In this document: piece by piece, positions 41,340-46,507 of the stretch | How positions within the stretch are numbered: the first letter of the stretch is position 1 | How the letters are laid out: the number at the start of each line of letters is the position of its first letter | Assembly: GCA_965223505.1 (NCBI GenBank) | Contig: CBDCWP010000043.1 | Location: 32,213 to 96,212 of the forward strand | From: Planctomycetota bacterium | GTDB lineage: Bacteria > Planctomycetota > PLA2 > JAEUHO01 | Direction: 5' to 3' | Length of the DNA stretch: 64,000 nt | Program-made: the position numbers and the translations under genes | The notes under the pieces: model-generated | Database searches by the model: none | The model's input: only the letters and a program-made list of their open reading frames with translations | What the model was told of the DNA's origin: nothing

Positions 41340-42617
41340 GTGGAGACATCGATGTCGGTCCTTCGCAATGCCAGTGTGGCGCTTTGCCTGCTCGCGATCG
41401 CAGCGGCATGCGGCGAGTCGCCGGCCGGGAAGCAGCCCACGTCTTCGATCGAGCTGAACGCGGACACGTTTGCGGCCCTCCGCGACCAGATCCAACCGTC
41501 CGAGGCCGAGCGTGCGTGGCAGCAGATCGACTGGTATCCGTCCTACGCGGAGGGTCTGCAGGCGGCGTCGGTGCAGCAGAAGCCCGTGCTCCTGTGGGTG
41601 ATGAACGGCCACCCGCTCGGCTGTACCTGAAACAACGGTGTCGCGGGCCGGCGGTCCGTGTGGTCGAACCCGGACGTGATCGAAACGGCGAAGCCGTTCG
41701 TGGCGGTCACCGACGAAGTCTGGCGACTGCAGCGCGGCACGGACGCGGAGTGCCGCCACTTTCAGAAGATGGCCGACCAGGGCCACTACCGGGCCAAGGG
41801 CGGCACGCGCCAGGGCATCTACGTCCTCACGGCGAACGGAACGTTCCTCGCATCGGTCAACGCGCTCGACGCGGCGAAGGTGCTCGAGACCATGGAGCAG
41901 GGACTCGCCGCGTGGGAAGAGACGTCCGCGGACGCGCGCACGCTCCCCGACGACTGGGACCTCCCGCGCCGCCGCTGGGAGTCGAGCTATCCCGAGGACG
42001 GTCTGGTGCTGCGTACCCTCAACGCCGACCTCGGGCCGAACGCGGATCGCAAGCGTCTCAATCGCGACCACGTCTGGTTCACGGTCGGGGAGGCGCGTGG
42101 CTGGCTCGGTGCGGATCCGGCTGTCGGCGACGTCCACGAGGTCACGAAGACGATCGTCGAACGGCTCGCGCAGTTTCATCTCGTCGACAACGTGCGCGGC
42201 CAGACGCTGCCGTTCGCGGCGGAAGAGACCGCGGGGTCCAGGATCACGACGACGGTGCGCTCGCGCGACGGCGACGTCGTGGCGTTCGGGATCGAGGGAA
42301 CGACGACCGCGGAGACCGACGGCACGTGGAAGTTGGGCAAGAGCGACTGGACGCCCAAGGAGGCGTTCCCGCGCCGCGTCACGACGAAGCTGCTCGGCTC
42401 CGGCCGCTACGACCTGTCGTCGCGGCGCTTCACGGCGTTCGAGCTGGTCGCGGTGGGGGAGCGCGAGGGGCGGACGAACCTGAACGGGCGGCGCGACGAC
42501 GACGTCGGGCCCGCCCCGATCGGGTTCTACTTCGAGCTCGCGCCGGATCGACCGGCGGAGCGCGTCGCGCCCGCGTTCGTCGACATCTACGCGGACTGGG
42601 TCGTTGACCCGCGCTGA
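41340..42617 (+). CDS. candidate selenoprotein: lipoprotein with thioredoxin-like N-domain, in-frame UGA (41628..41630) giving ...VLLWVMNGHPLGCT-U-NNG..., fused in frame to the 41658 ORF
   Basis: 41340 ORF and 41658 ORF share one frame separated by a single TGA; Cys two residues before the TGA (C-T-U); hairpin CGCGGGCC-GGC-GGTCCGTG starting 11 nt after the TGA. Confidence 0.45.
41642..41660 (+). promoter_or_regulatory. SECIS-like stem-loop (8-bp stem incl. 2 G-U, GGC loop) 11 nt downstream of in-frame UGA
   Basis: Loop G lies ~20 nt from the UGA, within the 16-37 nt window described for bacterial SECIS elements. Confidence 0.3.
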
Positions 42618-43371
42618 CGACGCGCCGACGCCGCGGCGATACGCGTGCCCCAAGCTGGCGGCGCCGCTGCGGCTGACGGGACGCATGGACGACCCGCAGT
42701 GGGAGCGCGTCCCGTGGACGGAGGACTTCGTCGACATCGAGGGCGACCGCAAGCCCACGCCGCGTCATCGCACGCGCGCCAAGATGTGCTGGGACGACAC
42801 CTACTTCTACGTGGCCGCCCGGCTCGACGACCCGCACGTCTTCGCGACGCTGACCGAGAAGAACGCCGTCATCTTCCACGACCCCGACTTCGAGATCTTC
42901 ATCGACCCCGACGGCGACACGCGCCACTACTACGAGTTCGAGATCAACGCGCTCGGCACGATCTGGGAGCTGTACCTGGAGAAGACCTACCGCGACGGCG
43001 GGCCTGTGCACGAGGGGTACAACCTCGACGGACTGCGGAGCGCGGTGCACGTCGACGGGACGATCAACGACCCGTCGGACGTCGACGGGGGCTGGTCCGT
43101 CGAGGTCGCGATCCCGTGGGAGGCGCTGCGCCTGTTCGCGCGCGAGATGCCCTGCCCGCCCGAGCCGGGCGACGAATGGCGTGTGAACTTCTCACGCGTT
43201 CATTGGCGCTTCGAGATCGTCGACGGCGCGTATCGCAGGTTTCCGCGCGAGTCGCATCCCGAGGACAACTGGGTGTGGTCCCCCCAAGGGGTCGTCGACA
43301 TGCACCGGCCAACGACCTGGGGCTACGTCACCTTCGAGGATCCTGGCGGCGTCAGTGGCGTAGGTGAATGA
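42604..43371 (+). CDS. CBM9-like / DOMON-like carbohydrate-binding domain protein
   Basis: FEIFIDPDGDTRHYYEFEINALGTIWE ... NWVWSPQGVVDMHRPTTWG motifs typical of CBM family 9-like domains; start may be internal Met (MDDPQWERV, ~42685). Confidence 0.55.
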   Translation: MTRADDAPTPRRYACPKLAAPLRLTGRMDDPQWERVPWTEDFVDIEGDRKPTPRHRTRAKMCWDDTYFYVAARLDDPHVFATLTEKNAVIFHDPDFEIFIDPDGDTRHYYEFEINALGTIWELYLEKTYRDGGPVHEGYNLDGLRSAVHVDGTINDPSDVDGGWSVEVAIPWEALRLFAREMPCPPEPGDEWRVNFSRVHWRFEIVDGAYRRFPRESHPEDNWVWSPQGVVDMHRPTTWGYVTFEDPGGVSGVGE

Positions 43372-43538
43372 TCGTCGCGAGGACGAAGAAGAGCGCCGCG
43401 AAGCCGCCGCAGAAGACGATCGCCAGGCCAAGTCGCGTGCCGGTTCCGAAGATGAGCAGGAACAGAGCGACGAGCAGCAGCAGGAATCCGAGTCCGAAGA
43501 ACGTGAAGCGGATTGCCTCTCGCCGCCTGCTCCGACAT
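43352..43538 (-). CDS. small 2-TM membrane protein, apparently needs a 1-nt frame correction after MSEQAAR
   Basis: Strong RBS AAGAGGAG upstream of ATG (MSEQAARG...), but the hydrophobic product (IRFTFFGLGFLLLLVALFLLIFG...IIHLRH) is in the -1 frame. Confidence 0.35.
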
Positions 43539-43676
43539 CGACTCCTCTTCGTGTGGAGGAGTGTGACCGATTCCCACGGCGCCGTGCGCGGGTACCCCCT
43601 CGCGGCAACCGGCCCCTTCACGCTAGCATTCGTTTGTTGATGAACCTGCGTGCGCGTTTGGATTGGGGGAACCGCG

Positions 43677-44900
43677 ATGGCAAAGAGCTTCAGCGCTGCC
43701 GAATGGAACAAGGTCAACACCGAGCTTCGACGGAACCCGAGCAAGTACGGGATTCCGGCTCGTGTCTACGGCTCCGTCGTCATGGCGTCCTTCAACATCC
43801 GCAAGCTCGGCGCCGAGGCCGGCCGGGACGACCGCACCTGGCGCTTTCTCGGCAACGTATGCCGCAACTTCGATCTCATCGCGGTGCAGGAGATCCTCGA
43901 GGACCTGACCGGGCTCGAGCGGCTGCGCAAGGAGATCGGCAAGGGCGGAGTGGACTACCACGTCATCGTGTCGGACGTGACGGGCGTCTTCCCCGGTGAC
44001 AAGGGCAACCCCGAACGTCTCGCATTCCTCTATCGCCCCTCGGTGATCGAGCGCGGCAACATCGTCTCGGACCTGACCTTCGACCGCACCAAGGTGCTGC
44101 AGCTGCTCGACGCCGACCTCGACGCCTTCCACAAGGGCATCCGCGACCACCGCAAGGCGGTCAAGGAGTGGGAGAAGGAGAAGGTGAGGCGCAAGGCCGC
44201 GGGGAGGCGCGCGCCGGCCAAGCCCAAGCTCGTGTTGCCCTTCCTCGGGTTCATCCGGCAGCCGTACGCCGTGAGCTTCAAGGTCGTCGGCATGCCGGGG
44301 ACGAGGCCCTATGCGTTTCTCGCGGTCAACGCGCACCTCGTGTGGGGGAGCGGCGAGGAGATCGAGCGCGACCGCGAGTTCCAAGCGCTCATGGAGTGGA
44401 TCCGGTCGCGTGAAGCCGGCACCGACGGGACGAGCTACCCCGGCGTCATCCTGTTGGGCGACTTGAATCTGGATTTCGACAAGACGCTTTCCGACTTCGA
44501 GAAGATCGCGCCGTTCCTGAAACCGTTCGAGAACAAGAAGGGCGAGCCGATCCAGGTCCGCTTTCCCTTCCTCGTCAAGCACCGGAACCAGCCCGGGGTG
44601 TTTCGGACGAACGCGCGCGCCAACCAGACCTACGACCAGATCGGGTTCTTCTTCCGGGAAAACCAGATGGCGCGGCACGTCATGGAGACCATTGCGGATC
44701 CGCAGCTGTCACGCATCGGCGAGCACGAGCGCGGCCCCGACTACGGCATGTTCAACTTCGTGGAGCTCTTCAGTCAGGCGCTTCACGGCAAGCCGTTCGC
44801 GCAGCTTCCGGGGTCGAAGCGAAAGGCGTTCTACGCCCTCTTCGAGCACAACGTCAGCGATCACATGCCGCTCTGGGTGCGCGTTCCGCTGCCCGACTGA
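43677..44900 (+). CDS. endonuclease/exonuclease/phosphatase (EEP) family protein
   Basis: EEP motifs: VMASFNIRKLG, DLIAVQEI, AVNAHLVWGS, GDLNLD, SDHMPLWVRV; GGGGGA RBS before ATG 43677. Confidence 0.8.
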   Translation: MAKSFSAAEWNKVNTELRRNPSKYGIPARVYGSVVMASFNIRKLGAEAGRDDRTWRFLGNVCRNFDLIAVQEILEDLTGLERLRKEIGKGGVDYHVIVSDVTGVFPGDKGNPERLAFLYRPSVIERGNIVSDLTFDRTKVLQLLDADLDAFHKGIRDHRKAVKEWEKEKVRRKAAGRRAPAKPKLVLPFLGFIRQPYAVSFKVVGMPGTRPYAFLAVNAHLVWGSGEEIERDREFQALMEWIRSREAGTDGTSYPGVILLGDLNLDFDKTLSDFEKIAPFLKPFENKKGEPIQVRFPFLVKHRNQPGVFRTNARANQTYDQIGFFFRENQMARHVMETIADPQLSRIGEHERGPDYGMFNFVELFSQALHGKPFAQLPGSKRKAFYALFEHNVSDHMPLWVRVPLPD

Positions 44901-44905
44901 CGCTG

Positions 44906-46273
44906 CTAGCCGTTCGAACGCGTCGTCTGGGTGAGATAGTCGACGAGGTCGATCTTGCTCAGCAGCCCGAGCAGGCAGCCGTCGTCGTCGACGACCAGCG
45001 CGACGTAGCCGTCGGCGAACAGCCGCGTCAGGCACGCCGCGTCGTCGTCTACGTGGACCGTCTGCACGTTGCGCAGCATGACCTCCGCGACCGACGTCTC
45101 GAGCGTCGCGTGTCCGTCGACGAGCCGCGAGAGCAAGTCGCCCTCGGTGACGATGCCGGCCAGGCGTCCCGACTCGAGCACCGGCAGCTGGCTGATGCCG
45201 TGCTCCTTCATGCGGCGGACGGCGGTCTCGAGCGTGTCGCTGCCTTGCGCCGTGACGACGTCGCGCTGGGGAAGCGCGCGCAGCAGCTCGCCGAGCGATT
45301 GGGCCGCGAGCCGCTCTTCCTCGAACCCGTTCTCGCGCATCCAGCGGTCGTCGACGAACTTCGTCATGTAGTTGCGCACCGAGTCGGGCAGGAGCGTCAC
45401 GATGCGCTTGTCGGGGCCGTACTTCTTCGCGATCTCGACCGCGGCCCACACCGCCGAACCGCACGACCCGCCGACGAGCAGTCCTTCCTGCCGGATCAGA
45501 CGCCTTGCCATCTGGAACGAGTCCCGGTCGTTGGACTTGAGCCACTCGTCGACCAGGTCCACGTCGAGCACGTCGGGGATGAAGTCGTAGCCGATGCCTT
45601 CGACCTTGTACGGTCCGATCTCGCCCGGCCCCGCGAGGATCGAGCCCACGGGATCGACGCCGATGATCTTGCAGTCCGGCGCGCCTTCCTTCACCCGCTT
45701 CGCCGCGCCCGTCAGCGTGCCGCCGGTGCCGGCCGTCAAGACGAGGTAGTCGAGGCGGCCGTCGGTCTGTTCCAGGATCTCCTGCCCCGTGCCCTCGAAG
45801 TGCGCGAGCGGATTGTCGGGGTTGCCGTACTGATCGAGGATGTGCGCGTTCGGGAGGATCTCTTCCAGCTGCTTGGCCACGCCGATGTGGCTCTCCGGCG
45901 AGTCGAACGCCGCCTCGGTCGGCGTGCGAATGATCTCCGCGCCCAGCGCTTCGAGGATGACCTGCTTCTCGCGACTCATCTTCTCGGGCATCGTAATGAT
46001 CATCCGATAGCCCTTGATCGCCGCGGCCAGGGCCATGCCGATGCCCGTGTTGCCCGACGTCGGCTCGATCAGCGTGTCGCCGGGATTGATCCGGCCGCTC
46101 TTCTCCGCCTCTTCGACCATGCGCCGGCCGATGCGGTCCTTGACCGAGCCGCCGGGGCTCACGAACTCGCACTTGGCGAGGATCTCGCACCCGGTCTCCC
46201 GGCCGATGCGGTTGAGGCGCACCATCGGTGTGTTCCCGATGGCCTCCAGGATGGTTCCGAGGATGTGACCCAT
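44906..46273 (-). CDS. cystathionine beta-synthase (PLP-dependent CysK/CBS fold + C-terminal CBS domain pair)
   Basis: PLP-lysine motif SVKDRIG, GNTGIG, C-terminal tandem CBS domains; AAGGAG RBS upstream of ATG at 46273. Confidence 0.85.
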   Translation of the reverse strand: MGHILGTILEAIGNTPMVRLNRIGRETGCEILAKCEFVSPGGSVKDRIGRRMVEEAEKSGRINPGDTLIEPTSGNTGIGMALAAAIKGYRMIITMPEKMSREKQVILEALGAEIIRTPTEAAFDSPESHIGVAKQLEEILPNAHILDQYGNPDNPLAHFEGTGQEILEQTDGRLDYLVLTAGTGGTLTGAAKRVKEGAPDCKIIGVDPVGSILAGPGEIGPYKVEGIGYDFIPDVLDVDLVDEWLKSNDRDSFQMARRLIRQEGLLVGGSCGSAVWAAVEIAKKYGPDKRIVTLLPDSVRNYMTKFVDDRWMRENGFEEERLAAQSLGELLRALPQRDVVTAQGSDTLETAVRRMKEHGISQLPVLESGRLAGIVTEGDLLSRLVDGHATLETSVAEVMLRNVQTVHVDDDAACLTRLFADGYVALVVDDDGCLLGLLSKIDLVDYLTQTTRSNG

Positions 46274-46507
46274 GGGTGCTCCTTGCGGGGGCCGGAAGGT
46301 ACCACCTCGCCCTTCGATGGTCGGTTTCGCGCCACGCCGGAATCCGGCCCGCGGCCTACCGGGGATCCGCACGGGGCGGTAGCCGATCCGCGATTTTCGT
46401 CCCGATTCGGCCCAATCGGCAGGATTCGAAATTGCGCGACGCCTTCGATTGGAGGTCGCGTGAGCTAGAATCCCGGCTCAGGGCATGCGCCCCTGGGAGT
46501 ACCCGCT